Shown: piece by piece, positions 25,441 through 39,800 of the stretch
Numbering within the stretch: the stretch's first letter is position 1
Layout of the letters: the number at the start of each line of letters is the position of its first letter
NCBI RefSeq assembly: GCF_037042905.1
Contig: NC_087255.1
Span: 19,468,001-19,532,000, forward strand
Origin: Lytechinus pictus
Taxonomy: Eukaryota
Direction of reading: 5' to 3'
Length of the DNA stretch: 64,000 nt
Translations under genes and position numbers: made by a program
Notes under the pieces: model-generated
The model's input: only the letters and a program-made list of their open reading frames with translations
Databases searched by the model: none
What the model was told of the DNA's origin: nothing

Positions 25441-27547
25441 GCTACCACTACTACTACTACCATTACTTCTTCTTCGTCTACTACTGCTACCACTACCACC
25501 ACTACAATTTCTACTTGTACTTCGTCTTGTACTGCTTCTATAGTACCACTGCTTTTCTTACTTATTTATCCTTTTACTAATAGCAGTATACTCTTAAATT
25601 ATTGCTTCTGTCTCTGTTGAATGATTTTTACTGTCATTGTCTTCATGACATATCCACACTTGTTTTGAACATTTCCTCCTGTAAACTTACTGTTTACTCA
25701 ATTACCAAAAGGCCTCATGTGTGCGGAGATGTATATTTAATTGTACCGTTTTATTCCCGCTCGATAGTTCATACAAAATTCATTATACTACTGACAGCTT
25801 GAGGTCGACATAAACAAAATCAATTCAAACATACATACAGATGCTGGGTGCATATTATGACCTGCTTTCTAAAGGAACTAATAATTACGTGAGTTAAAAC
25901 AACAATACTGAAATGAATAATAATTTGACTGGTTCTCTGAACTATTCTTTTTTATTGAATAATGGTATTAATATAGACATCAGTGGTTTCGACGTAAAAA
26001 TGACCATGACTACATCAACTTCAAAGTGATAGAACCCCCCCAACAAACAAAAACGATTATGATAACCCTTAAATGGAAACTATACTCGGAGAGGATTCTC
26101 TATGTATATAGTCGAAGTTTGCAGATCCGTTTTTTTTTTCGATAATGCATTAAGGCATAAAGGCAAGAGGGACCCCCCTCACAAATCGGAATTTTCATCG
26201 GGGGCTCAGACTTAGTTGTCAAATTTTCACAAGCCGGTGATATCGACACTTCAAGGACGTCAGGATTGAAAATATATTGCTTTAAAGCCTGTCCTATTTT
26301 AAGTAATTGTTTTGCAGAGTTGGTCGAAGTAAATCAATAAAAATGCCACTTGTTGCTTCACTTTTCTGGTGCCTAATTTGACGTCATCAATTCCCAATTA
26401 ATTATATTGAAAGGAATGTAAACCCAAACTTGTCTATCGTTTTGTACACATCATGTATTTTCCTTGAGAGCATTTTGACAGCATTAGGCTGGAACAGCAA
26501 GGCTGATGTTGTCCCTGTAGTAATGGTAGGTTTCTTATCATGCAACTTCAGATATATCTAAATGAATAAGGTGCATCAGTCACCATGAGTGATTACTAAA
26601 ACATTATATTCATAATCTGAATTAAAAGTACATGAGCATGACAGGTCGTCGTGTAATCCAAGAGTAACAATCCTGAAATAAATTTGCTTTGATTCACAAT
26701 ACAAATCAAAACTCATGAAGGACTATGGGTCTTTGTATTTTAAATTCACGTGGGAAAATATCTTTAGGCTATTGGATTGATATTTCCATATGTCCACATT
26801 CTGTTACATTTGACTCCCGGTTGTGCGTGGAACATGAGGGGGGAAGGAAATGGATTTGCTTTTAGCGCGTTCCCTAATGGACGGCCCAACGGAATTTTAT
26901 GGAATTTTTATAAGTGAGTATTTATTTATTGTCCCATCAACTAATTACATTGTATCTCCCCGGTGCCCCGGTCATTGAAGTTTGCTCATAACTGAGCACT
27001 TCCTTAATAAAGCCACGCTTTTATGGTTGGCTATAAATATATCAGTTGATTGCAAATTAGCTTAAGTATTTGTGAAATATCTATTGTCAGTAGAAAGTCA
27101 TTCGCCTTGCTATTTTTTTCTGGAGGGGGGGGGGGGTATTTCTGCCACTTTCTTCAAAAGGGCATTGGACCATGTACAACCCAATATGCACAATGATTTG
27201 TTTTTAATGATAGTCAATGATTCACTCTAACGAAATTTCTTGCAATGTCAAAGAATTCAAAGCTAATAGCAAAAAAACAACACCCCTGTTTTCCAGCTAA
27301 GAATGCAGTTTGATGAGGCATGGACCAGGTGTAGCTTTATTAGTTGTCACGAAATCCCCTCTCCATTTGTGCAAACCAAATAACATAATATAGTTTAATC
27401 TAAATGGCAAAACATTAATATTAAATGGAACACTCTTTGTAAATTTTTTTACTATGCGATTTCAATAACAGCTTAAGCGCCAAAAACTAAAGTTCCTTTC
27501 CGTCACAATAAGCCCTGAATCAAGTAATAACCGTACTAGAAAGACCG

Positions 27548-27953
27548 CAGTGTCACATGGTGTGTTCCACAGTGTGTTCACAGTGTGGAACACAATGTGA
27601 AATCACATTCACAGTGCACTGCTAAAGTTTAGCATTTGAACAGTGGGAATAACATTTTCACATAGTCGACCATGCGAACACGCGTTGAACAGTCACACTG
27701 TCGAGGTGTCCACATGAAAATATCTCCACACTGTTGAATTTGAGCATTTCAACAGTGTGAATGATAGTCGACCATGTAAACACGCAGTGTACAGTCACAC
27801 TGTCGAGACATCCAACGTGTGAAAATATCGTCACACTGTTGAATTTGAGCATTTTAACAGTGTGAATAACATTTTTCTTCACATAGTCCCCAATGTGAAT
27901 ACAATGTGAACACACTGTGAACACATTGTATGACACTGTGTCCTCAGCAGGGA
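27548..27953. repeat. Tandem units of about 105 bp rich in CACAGTG/CACTGT, each with a hairpin; probably a DNA-transposon subterminal array
   Basis: ATAGTCGACCATG...ACAGTCACACTGTCGAG...CACACTGTTGAATTTGAGCATTTYAACAGTGTGAAT repeated about 2.5-3 times. Confidence 0.75.
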
Positions 27954-30900
27954 ATGCATGATTATAGGTATTTCCACGTAAGGCTGCAAGAATAAGTCTT
28001 TTGACATGATGTATGTTTAAAAAGGAATACATTAGTTAATCAAACCTTTTTTTGCTAAATTCTAAACCTGGCATGTCCTCGAGCTCGATGGGTAAGTTCT
28101 GTCCATAGATCCTCGTATGTACTCCTGTCTGTCAGGTTTGATGAACATTTCTTAAATGCCCAAACGTTCCCATTTACTTTGATTCATGGGATCCTGGCAA
28201 TAATTACGGAGTGACATTTCCAAAGGAAAAAAACAGAGAAACGAGGGGGGATACAGGAAGGGGCTAGTACAGTTCGCATGGGTAGTGGTGATGGTGGGGG
28301 AGGGGGCGACCGATGGAGCACCAATCTTAGTTTGCGAATGATATTCAATTGATTTAATGTCAGTTCTATTGTGAATAGCTGGATATAAAAAAGGAAGGAG
28401 GTATGAAGGTTCATTTCATCATATTTGCATGCGAAATCTGATATTTGTTATTTTTGTTGAAATAATAATTGTTTGAAATGTTGCCTATAGCAGTTTCCTG
28501 GAAAATTTTCCTAGCTATCTGCTACTTTAGTTTTCAGATCTCATCATATTTCTATCCTCCACCGAGTGTGTCTTTTTATGGTAATTCATATTTTCCTTCT
28601 GATTCTACCACTTTTGTGGGAATGCTATATAAGAAATACCATGCGAACACACGTACATTTTATCTATCTTCAAATTTGATTTTCATTGCTAGTTTTGGCC
28701 AGTTTGTGGTAAAAACAACTCGTGTAGAACGGGTTTTTAAGGTCCCAGTTACTTTTCCCTGCATTCAAAATATAATCTCTTTAATTTTAATTTCTGGTCA
28801 ATGCATTCGGTTTGATTATACAGTTAATACAAGTCATGTACATGTGCTGGGGGGGGGGGGTCCCTTTTCCTCTCATCGATTCTCCTCGAGCTCTGCATGC
28901 AGTACGACATTATTTTCTCCCATGTACTTCCATCATACACATCCAATAATGGCTATGACCAAATCAATTTGAAATTTAATGCATGTATTGTACGAAAAAC
29001 AATTTTCATTACATCGCAGAGGCTTCCGAAGTAATGTCGAACGGGAATCCATCATGTTTACGTGATTGAATTGTCTGACTATATACCGTAAGGATGGATA
29101 GATGGATGGGGATCGTAATGAATTTTCCATTTTAAAACATAAAATCTTCATTAAAAAGCAAGATATTTAGAGAGGATCAAATATAAAAGGGTTTTAACCT
29201 TTAAATGGCTGAAATATAAACTGAGGAGGAATAGAAGAAAATACAGGAAATGTAAAGTGAAAGACATGAGAAAAAAGACAAAAAGAAAGAAGACACAAAG
29301 AAGGAACAAAATAAGGGCATGGAAGTGAAAAAAAAACAAAACAAAATACAGGCGAAGAATCAGGCAAAGAAATATATTTAAAATAAAGCTACCAAATTTC
29401 ATAGCTTTATCTCCTTTTTTATGAAAGGTGAACATAAAATCAATATCATCTTTTTACTCCGCTGCTGCATTGACAGTAATTTTAAATTCGGTATGTAATA
29501 GGGAACTTAAAATAACACCTTCAGACGAATTATGAAATTTGGAGAGCAATAACTAGTATTATCCAAAAAAATAGCAGATTATCTCAATCCTCCGAAGGTT
29601 ATTCAAATTCCATGCGTACCACTCAAATATAGAACCGACACCATCGATTAGCGGAAGTAGGTTGCCAATTTGCAGTTCTGGTGCGTATCTCATTTTGAAA
29701 CATGAACGATTAGTGCACCTCTCTTATTTTTCTGGCAATCACTCGTTGTTACTTGATCCGAACTATAGAGCTAAACATTCCACGATTTATAAAACAAGAA
29801 AAAGTAATTGCAAACCAAGTGTCACCTTACTTTAACGCCATATGCCAATCAAATTAAATCAATTCTCACGCTCGATTTAAATCGAAAGGAGATTTGTTTC
29901 ATTTTTTTTTGTTTTACCTATATAGCACTGTTTTCCTGGCTTTGTAAATGGTGATGCTTTATGATATTTGTTTTATTTTTGCAACATCCTTCATTGCGAT
30001 GCTGTAATTCACACCGTCTTGGTTTTGAAGCTCTCAAGGTATGTTTTTTCGGGGTCCTTATGTCCAACAATTTTACGAGATAATGTAAGGCTCCTTTAAC
30101 TCTTTACTGTAGCCCTACTCATCTTGTTACTTGATCTGTGTTATGCTTGACTAGGATACGTTTGTGTCAAAATAATATATTCTCCTGGTCAAACATGAGT
30201 CAGTTGTTATGACAAAGTAAGCATATTTGGAAAATGATAATCAAACTGTAGACAAATAGCCTTCAGCATCACAGGTAGTCCTGACCAACAACTTCATCCC
30301 AAATTATATCATGGTAAAATCACTCCCGACTAGCCAGATATTTATTTTAACATTATCAATATAATGGAATTATCATCAATTATAATTACCCCTGATAACA
30401 ATTCAAGCAATGTTGCCCTTCTTTAATTGCCTATGGGTTATTAAAGCAAAAGCGATAATTCAGCTATTTGTCAGTTGGTCGTGCTACGTTACACGTATAC
30501 ATTGTTTCGTGACTTCAGTCGGTGCGTTGGCCATCCAAAAATGTCATGTTCTCTCAAAAATGCAGGACTGTCTTTACATTTCAATTTCATTGTTGCTGCA
30601 TCTGATCTTCAAGAATTACGAATTCATAGTTCGTTTCTCTTAAAAATACCGTGCCATTACGCTGAAAAATCTGTAGCTCAACTTAAAAGCCCATGTAACC
30701 CGAGTGACTCTCAACGAGCAATCCAAAGGTTGTTATTGCAGAGATTCCATACCGCTGACAGTGCGGTATCTCAGACTTGAAGGGTGAAGGCATGTGAGAC
30801 TCCTGAACTTGACTGGTCACCTCAACTGACCCTCACTGCCCTCGGGGCATATGAAAAGGTCTTGACCCCGTCTTCAAGCTAACAAGAAATTCTTGAAGGA

Positions 30901-31004
30901 AATGTACGGAATCTCATCTTATGGTAACCCGTGAACCTTCATGACTGAAACTAGACATTCAGAGGATTCCCTTGCCCTCATTCTTCGTTGAATGATGTAG
31001 ATCG

Positions 31005-31005
31005 G

Positions 31006-31048
<43 letters not shown>

Positions 31049-31052
31049 AGAG
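31005..31052. repeat. (GA)n microsatellite
   Basis: Read directly. Similar tracts at about 51328-51352 and 57737-57763. Confidence 0.95.
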
Positions 31053-32101
31053 GGGCGGGGGGCTGTGGGTGTATCGCATATCGGAACCACAACAATTGTT
31101 TCTTAACACAGTAAGATGGGGTTTTGACAATAGATACCTCCATAATTGCAAAAGCAGATGATCCAGAACCAGACGGACGGGGGCACTTGCTTTACTTTAT
31201 CTTGGGTCGTGAGGAAGTGGAGGGGTGCTCGCTCAGTCCCCCTCCTTGCATTTGGGCCAGAACGGCAATATGATTTCAGAATAACCATCTTCTGTGTCTG
31301 CTTTTAAAAAATCTTATAAAATCTGTTAATGATAATATGTAATTACTTGTCACCCAGATAAAGCTTTTAGAGGATTCCAGGCACGAACATAAAAGCAAGT
31401 ACTCTGGTTTTGAATGACTGATCATTTTCGAAATGTCATCCAAAAGCCCAATGCATCGTACTTGTCTTTGCTTATTTTTATATTCAGATGTAATGAAAAA
31501 TACAGGATAGCAACGTCCAGAAAATCAATATCAGAAAACAAATGAAAAAAATCAAGACCGATAGTGTCATAATGTGTATTTTTTTCTTTGTTCCCTGCTG
31601 AATTTGAATCATGTTGTCATGTAAATACGTAATGCTCGGCATAAGGCAATGCTCACTGAATGCTACATTGATCATTGATTTTATAGCATTTATGCCCCAC
31701 TGCCATTATATTGACTTTATCATGCTTTACAGAAGCAAAGATAAATCTCCTTAAAGGTATTTCATTGAGTCTGGGGTTTCCCAAGCATTTCTTCCTGTTT
31801 AGCTTTGACTTTCATTTAACATTAATCCAGAAACGTGATTATTTTACTTTCCTGCACTGGTTGAACTTTTTTAAATCGTCATAACGAGAATCTTTTATGC
31901 AGGGAGTTATATAACATTAGGTATGCATAAAGCAAAGTACAAATCCGAGCGGCTAAAGCGAAAATTGAATGCGAAATATTATGATTTGTAGGTTGCGTAA
32001 CAGACAGGTATGGAATGGATCGATTATTTCGGACTTATTTATGATCTATGCCTGTGTTTTTTTTTTACAAAGTGAGTACTGAAATGCTTTTGTGACATTA
32101 A

Positions 32102-32692
32102 AGAAGAATGAAACCCTTAAAACCAGCTGAATCCATATCAAAGAGAAAAATCAAAGGAACACATTGTTGAAATTTTGAGGAAGATTGAATGAATAATAAG
32201 AAAGTTAGAAAGTTATGAGCATTTGAATATTGAGATCACTAGTGCCATGTAGATCCTCCCATCGGCAATGCGACCAAGATCTGTGATATCACACACGTAC
32301 AACTCCCTCATTACTTTAGTACTTATTTCACTTATATTCTCACTTTTATAGAGTCTATCACAAGGTGAGGTGTTCTCTTTATGAGATGACAAGTACAGAG
32401 GTTTCACAACATTATATCATTGATGAATCGTTTGTCATATGATTAGAATGAGCAAAAAGAAATGTTTTGGGGTATATTTTCAGTGTCCAAATGGGAGAGT
32501 TGTACGTGTGTGACATCACAGATCTTGGTCGCATTGCCAATGGGAGGATCTCCATAGCATTAGTGATCTCGACATTCAAATGCTCATAACTCTTTTATTG
32601 CTAGTCCTATTTTACTCAAACTTTTGTTGATCTTATTTTTTGATTTTTCTGCTTTCACAAAAGCTAACTTGCTCCAAGAGTTTCATTCTCCT
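32102..32692. mobile_element. Kolobok-like foldback MITE
   Basis: TTAA at 32098-32101 and 32693-32696. TIRs AGAAGAATGAAACCCTT and AAGAGTTTCATTCTCCT; inverted arms of about 200 bp (GGCAATGCGACCAAGATCTGTGA vs TCACAGATCTTGGTCGCATTGCC). Confidence 0.9.
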
Positions 32693-35130
32693 TTAAGCCT
32701 ACGCAAAACATTGAACATTCTGAGTTGACCCTGAGCATTATAAATGCAGAACGTACTATATTCTAAAGTTAGTCGATAATTTCAGTCATGTGAGTTAACT
32801 CTCGATAAGAAATGCATTTTGGATCACCCAACATTTCACTTCATCCAAAACAAAGAGATGGCGCTTTACAATACATGTGCCGTTCTGAGAAGGGATTTTC
32901 AAAGTAAAATTATCGCTTTCGATCTTCTACTGAGAGCTTTCTCTCTATTCACCCCGTGTCCATTCCCAAGCTCTGTCTTTCTCTGTGGCATTCTTATTTT
33001 TCTCCATCACAGCTCTCTTTCTCTCTTCTACACCTCTCTCTTTCCCACCGACTCTCATTTTCCCCATTTTCATGCTCAATTGAACATTGTATTTCGATAA
33101 TGGCCGTGTGTAGATAAAGGCATCCCACTTTCAAACACACACTCGCACCCTCTCTCTCATATATTCACCCACACTCCCACCCTCACTCTCTATACGTTTA
33201 GACACCCAAACCCACCCAAACCCACCCACATGCACCCTCACGCCACCCATCTAATTTCACATATGCCCACACACACACAACACACATATTCCCTTGAAAC
33301 ACCCACACACTCATCTTATCTTAGACACACCCTCACCCACATACCCACTCCCACAACGAATTCTTTTAAAGAACACACCGTCCATACACCATCCGCACAC
33401 CGACATGCATACGTTTTAAGTCACCGTCCTCGCGCCGCTAAGCTCCCACCCTCCTCATCCTGGTTGTTCCATCTCGATTCTTTTCCATCTCCCCATCACC
33501 CACTTTCTTTTCTCTTTCGTCTTATTTTCCGTCATTCTTCCCTCGATATCGTTCCTTTCCCGCCTTTTACGAAAAATAAAGCTCCGATGCTGCCTTTCAT
33601 TCACGACATAAAATGCCATCCATCATCGGGATGCTACTTAGCCATTACCAGGACGACCACGATCGTCTTCGAAATGGCATTTATAGTCTTAGCACTGATC
33701 AACCTCGGTGAGGAAATGCCGCCGACAATTATCACTATCACGTAATGTCGTACGGGTCATTTGATATAAGATCATAGTTTTCAGCATTGATATGCCATTC
33801 TTGACTGATGGAAATTACACACAAAAAAATACAGAAGTGAAAGGGGTTTTACAAAAGGGTGGTATTACATACTATATACCGTATGTGTTTATGACATTGC
33901 TGGAGGTGGATATATTTTCAATCTCCAAATTGACTCCACAAGCATCACACTTTGGCTGCATCACATGTATTAGACGATTGTCACATGACCACTCTCGGAC
34001 AATAGTCGTATTATCCTATAGTACTATTCCACCAGTTACCGGTTATAGTTGTTTGTCGTTACCAAGACAACGATTTGCTATAGGCATTGAACATGCATTC
34101 CATAATGAAATAGAGATCACTCCCCGCTATCGCAATGTCAATTGCTTAGCGATTTTTTTTTTCTGTGCTGCAAATGGAAGAAACGGGCAAATTGTATTAC
34201 GAGTTGAAATTTATTCCCGTGCGATATAACTTCTTTCATAACTATGAAAATCTGATTATGATCATTACACGGTCTGACTGATAGACTAGCCATCACTGAC
34301 GGGTTTTCAAGCAATGACATTACCTTAGTCGAGCGTAAGATATGTTGCGCGGTGAAGTCTATTTACATTATACCAATTATGGCAAATTCAACGCCATGGA
34401 TGTGCGAAATCCTTGCCATTCTCCGAGCATACAAAACAAGTTAGAGGCATCGTTTACACTGCACTGTCACAGGTGGTTCGCAAACTCGTTGACCGCCAAA
34501 AATCTTAGTCAATGACGCTGCGCGCACTTCTAATATAAGCACGCAATGCTGTCAATGTTGTGCGCGTATGTGTACGGGAAGTACTGGACCAGTGGTGGTC
34601 AGATTCAGCACCAGTGGGAACGGGTATGGTATTAACGTTACATATCTGAGAAACGAAGCGTGAGTGCTCGCACATAATAGGCTAGATCAACATCACCAAA
34701 GTAAGAGATTCACATTACAGAGAACCATGGCAGCTCCGCATTTTTGCTGAATCTTTATTACGAAAACGCCTGAATAATTTCAAATTCAAAACCCAAATAG
34801 AGGTTTCAGTAAATTTCGTTATTTTCAGGTTTGACTACGACGAATGGAAGGATGAATAAAACATTTGTATAAATGCAATGTATGAAATTGTTCAGAAAAT
34901 GAAAGAATGCAAATTTTCGGTTCGATATGGAAGTCCGCAAATAAGCGCTCTGTGGCAAATAATGCATCCACAAAACAACCTGAAGTGATTGGATTGAGTA
35001 TTAAATTTTAACAAGTAAAATTTGTTCCAATGATTAATTGATAAATGAATTTTATAAAGAAGAAAGAAATCTGAAAGGTGAAAGCAACAAGTATATATAT
35101 GTCTATAATATATCTATATATATATGTATA

Positions 35131-35161
<31 letters not shown>

Positions 35162-36639
35162 TTATAGCTTTTTGCCCTCCTAATGCTTAATGTTGTAATT
35201 ACGGTCATAATTCCAACACAGCTCGTTTAACATACCACAGCATTTACACCCTCCCCAATTAACTGATTAATTGGTTGGGCACAGTACAAAGAAAAAAATA
35301 TGTCACATTCTTATTAGAATACCTCCTCCCGCATACCACACATGCGCAGACATATGTAGATACAAATGCTTTTAAACCATAAGAGTTTTATCTCTTTATT
35401 TTTTTCAACTGATATTTTTGTGTTAGGCTTATATTGGATGATGTTGTGTGTTGTTGAAGTACGAAGAAATGAGTGATAGCGAAGCGGTTGCCAGAAAAAT
35501 AAAGAACGGGAAATATTTTGTGCGCGTGTTGTTTTATATATTTGGGTTTGTGTGTGTATGTGTGTGGGGGGTATCTATAACAGTAAAAAAAATGACATCG
35601 GACAGGCATAAACAAGAAAAAGACGTTGATTAATGAACGAGAAATTCCGGGTGTTCGTCTTCATTTCGCTTAGTTATCAATTGATAAACAAAGCAACATG
35701 TAATAATGATGAAAAATACCACATGACGACAGAGGCGCACTAATTAATTTCTGATATAAGTTTAGGACATCAGAATGGACTTTGAAATACATCCCGCCAC
35801 TTTCGTTCATTATTGTTTAATGTACCTGTCCTCAGTCTTGTCGCATCTTCAGTTTCCATTTCATGATCTCATCTGCAAACGGTGCTACTTTTTTCACTCC
35901 ATGTGATACAATTTTTTTTCCTACAATATCATCTCACTTTATTGATTCCGATCTCAAGAGCGTGACACGATCCACCCTGCAGTTATTACCAGCTTAGTTG
36001 TATACCGTGCCTCAGCTATATGCCAAATTAATTACACGATGAACAAGTTCATCTTGTTTTCCATGTTCAATTTAAAGATTATACCCACGTGATAATTTTT
36101 GGCGCCATTGTATTGTTTGTAAAATCGTCTGCTCCCTCACCTTGTCTTTCGTTTGTAAATTAATGGTCGTTCTTCCGCAATTTAGACATTTAGGGGGAAG
36201 ATCTTAATTTCAGGCAACTTATTCATGTTATTCATCATCTTCATGGATATTAAAGTTAAGTTAGTGAATCCGAACTTTTTTAGCAGGAGCACTTTCAAAA
36301 TTATTCGGTTTATTGTTTGGCACGTTTGGGATATCGAATTAATTACTTGATTGATATTCAACAATAATATCCTTTTCGATTCTGGGTATAGAATTTTGAC
36401 ACCATGAAAATCTACTTTCGCTCTGGGGATTTGTTTAAATGTCTTTTACATGTTTTACATCTTGCCAAAACACCCTTGTAATAAGTTTAATAATTGCGTT
36501 TTCATTCTACCTTCACTTTTCAGAACATTCAAACATTTTTCAGGTTTCTTGTATTTACACCCTAGTAAACTATCTTTCCGTTGATGGTAATCTTACTGGC
36601 ATTTTAAACATGGTACCCATGCATCCATCTTGCATAAAC

Positions 36640-36870
36640 CAGACATTGTTGCTGAGTGGTAAAGCGCTGCACCTGTCTCGTGAACCGGATGTCGTGGGTT
36701 CGATTCCCAGCCGAATCATAACAAAGGTCTAAAAAAAGTAGGGCATTCTGCCTTCTAGCTTGGCGCTCAGCATAATGGTAATATGTAATGTTAAGCAGAG
36801 CACTCTGGTAAAGCAATGAAGTGGTGGCCGTTGGTAAATAAAACATTATTATTATTATTGATATTATCAT
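36640..36870 (+). mobile_element. tRNA-derived SINE of a second family
   Basis: A-box-like TGCTGAGTGG, B box GGTTCGATTCC 36697-36707, body ATCATAACAAAGGTCTAAAAAAAG...GCTTGGCGCTCAGCA (resembles the MetaSINE central domain from recall, unverified), (ATT)n tail. Confidence 0.8.
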
Positions 36871-39800
36871 TTATTTAGTATTGATAACACAGTCTAGATA
36901 ACGTGCCTATTTTACACTGACTTTCCAGAAATTTACAACTTGATTTTTTGGATTCTACTTGTTATCATCATGAACGAAATCAACCTGTAGTGTTGGAGAA
37001 AAGATACGCCCATTATCGTCAATTATTATTCCTTCATTGATATTGGAAAATGATATGGATAATTGTAAAATTTCAATTTCACTCGTCAAGGTCGAGTGTC
37101 CTACGCAGTTCACAATGGATGCGAACGATGGAATTTCACTTCTTCCACATGTCAGATAGAAGGTCATGAATAGCCTACAAATTAGCTTTTAATTTTCTAC
37201 TTTTGCTTTCTTATTTTGAACTCTCTTGCTTTTAGTATGATATGGCTATAGCCGTTCTAATGTTTGATTGCAAGCATAATGCATTCCAAACTTCGAACTT
37301 CCAGCACCACCAACTAATCGGGCGTTCACGACACCTCTTTCTTGGTTAATTGTAGGCATTTTACTAAGTTCAGGACCACTTCATCGCTATTCCAAGTTAA
37401 CCTCGTCACAAATCCTGCCATAAATATCCATTAAAACAAACAAAATGCCCGTAAAGAAGACTAATAAAGGCGATCGCATAAACAATATACTTTTAATTAG
37501 AACCCAATATGAGAAGTTAGGGCACGCGTGTCGCTTCGTTGATCACACCAAATTTGCAGCCCGCACGTACAGTGTATTTTACATGCCTGCCCAACCTTGG
37601 CTGAAGCTACGGAACTAATTAAGTCATTGCTAATTGAATATGGTTATGGTGGCTTTGATGAGAAAACAATGTGTGTCATTTTCCCCGAGACCTTAATATG
37701 TGATATGATCGTAACACTCAACGGATATGAAGCAAGCACTCGAGGTTACATGAGCTATAATCAGTCAAAACCCACGAAGACATTTTTAAAATAATAATGC
37801 CCCTGATGAAAAGGAGACCCAATTTGTCATCTGTACGCAACAAAAAACCAACTTGAATTAGGCCAGTAACCTACTTTGGGACGTGCTTTCGGGTGGTTTT
37901 GAGTTTAAATTTAGGATCGGAATACACACGAGTGTTGACTCGGGGTAACCGTAAATATGCGAATTCGACGTCAAAGTTGGTCGTCGGGAATATTTGGGGT
38001 TAGGAGCAACTAACCCACAAAGTCTTGGTGAGTGATTAGACAAAGTCTTTCAATCGAAGACTGCTACATCAGACACAGATCTGACGCCATTCACACACCT
38101 GTAGAAAAGAGGCACCTGTAAATTAAAGCAAAGTGTGTAAGCGTTGGCGTGTGGGTGTGTGTGGGGGGGGGGGGCGGGTCGTTCGAGTGTGTGTGTGTGA
38201 TGCAGGTGTTTGTGCGTTCGTGCGCTTGTCATTGTTTGTAATAAACGAGTAACACACTGCTATTGCAGACTGGTTTTCACCCAAGGATGTGGTAAAAATG
38301 ATTCTTATATTCCCAGTCTCATGCCCGTAATAACTGCAGATATTCAGCTAATTTTTTTCCACTCAGATCCTGAAGAGATGGATCGTTTTATAATTAAACA
38401 TGCACGATGAGAGTCATGAAACATTATTTCCTCAAACACTTAGGTCATATTTTCTGGATTTCTTTAATTATTATACTTTTTTCAAATCAACGGATATTTT
38501 CTGTTTTGCTATTCCCTGTTTACTTTTACTTGTTTCATTGTATTTTACTAAATTTTCTGTCTTCTTCGTCATATTGTTCTTCTAGTTCTTGTTCTTCTTT
38601 CCCCCCTCTCCTTCTAATCCTCATCCTCTTCTTTTCTTTATACTTTCTTCGCCATCTCAAATTTCAACTTCACACCTACACGCTCCCCTCATTCTTCCGC
38701 TTTTCAATTTTTCCAATCTGAGAGCTAGATCGCAAATATCCTTAAATCGTCTTAAATTGCAATGAGAGCATTTTCTGAAGGGTTAAATGGGTCCGCTCTT
38801 GATAGGAGACGCCCTATAACATATCCAACCGTCCCTGGCCTATTTGTCCAGCTTGGATGACACTTCAGACGCTCTCCCACACTGAGTTACCGGTCATAGT
38901 TGTTTCCACCTCAACCATGCCAACGGCTCATAATTATCCTGAATGTTCAATTATGTGGTTGTCGTTTGGTCGATTTTCAAAACGATGGGGAGTTATTTTA
39001 TAGAGATTTTGAGCTTTCCAAGGTATGTTACCCATTATTCCGATTTTGTATATACATTATGTACCTGCGAGCTATCATCCAGGGATACAATGTAATTTAT
39101 TTTGCTTTCCCAGGTCGTGTAGATTTCCCTGGACATTACGGGTTCTACCCTTCCAAATATAACAACCGTGTTAGAATCACTTTGAAACAACAGTTGTCAA
39201 TTTGGTGCACCCAATACTATCAGCTGCTAAGCCTGACTCTATTCATGCTTCACGTGTCTGGCATCTCAGCCGAGCAATCAGCTTGCCCTTTTACCTGGCC
39301 TAGAACCCTTAAAGTATGGAAATCCCGGTTGATCTAAAGCATGGGGAATAACATGTGAGCTGTTCGAAGTTGCTCAATCTTCATTGTGCACCCATCATAT
39401 TTTCTTTCCCCGTTCCCCTTGCATCGCCTTCGGAACATGCATGCAATCAGCCCTAGTTCAAGGCCGGCGGAATAATTGCCAATATAATGTAATCGACGGG
39501 CTGGGACGACTTCTATACACTGCAATTAGTCCACAAGAGTAAACACAATGCTGTGCCATAATGGAAGAGTACGGTTCCTCGATACTCGTTGGGTATCATG
39601 GTTTGAACACGTTCTTGTCGCCACATTAAAGCATTCGAACGTTGATAACATATCTATTCCCATAAGATGGGTAATCTAGCTAAGAGTTGGTGGTACATCA
39701 CTAGGTAGGAGGGGTAAGGAGGGGTGAGGAGCGTAGTGGTTAAAGCCTCTTTTAAACATTTTTAGAACCTAGGTGATTTTGATGACATCGGCAAAGACGG

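Noticed and set aside
27548-27953. CRISPR-like array or true RSS cluster
   Set aside because: The units are whole tandem copies without unique spacers, there are no cas genes, the context is eukaryotic, and there is no RSS nonamer.
34604-34625. RE1/NRSE-like TTCAGCACCA
   Set aside because: Only the left half-site is present; the GGACAG right half is missing.
38900-39337. 145-aa ORF with an internal acceptor at about 39113
   Set aside because: No recognisable domain, an immediate stop in phase 0, and a weak donor.
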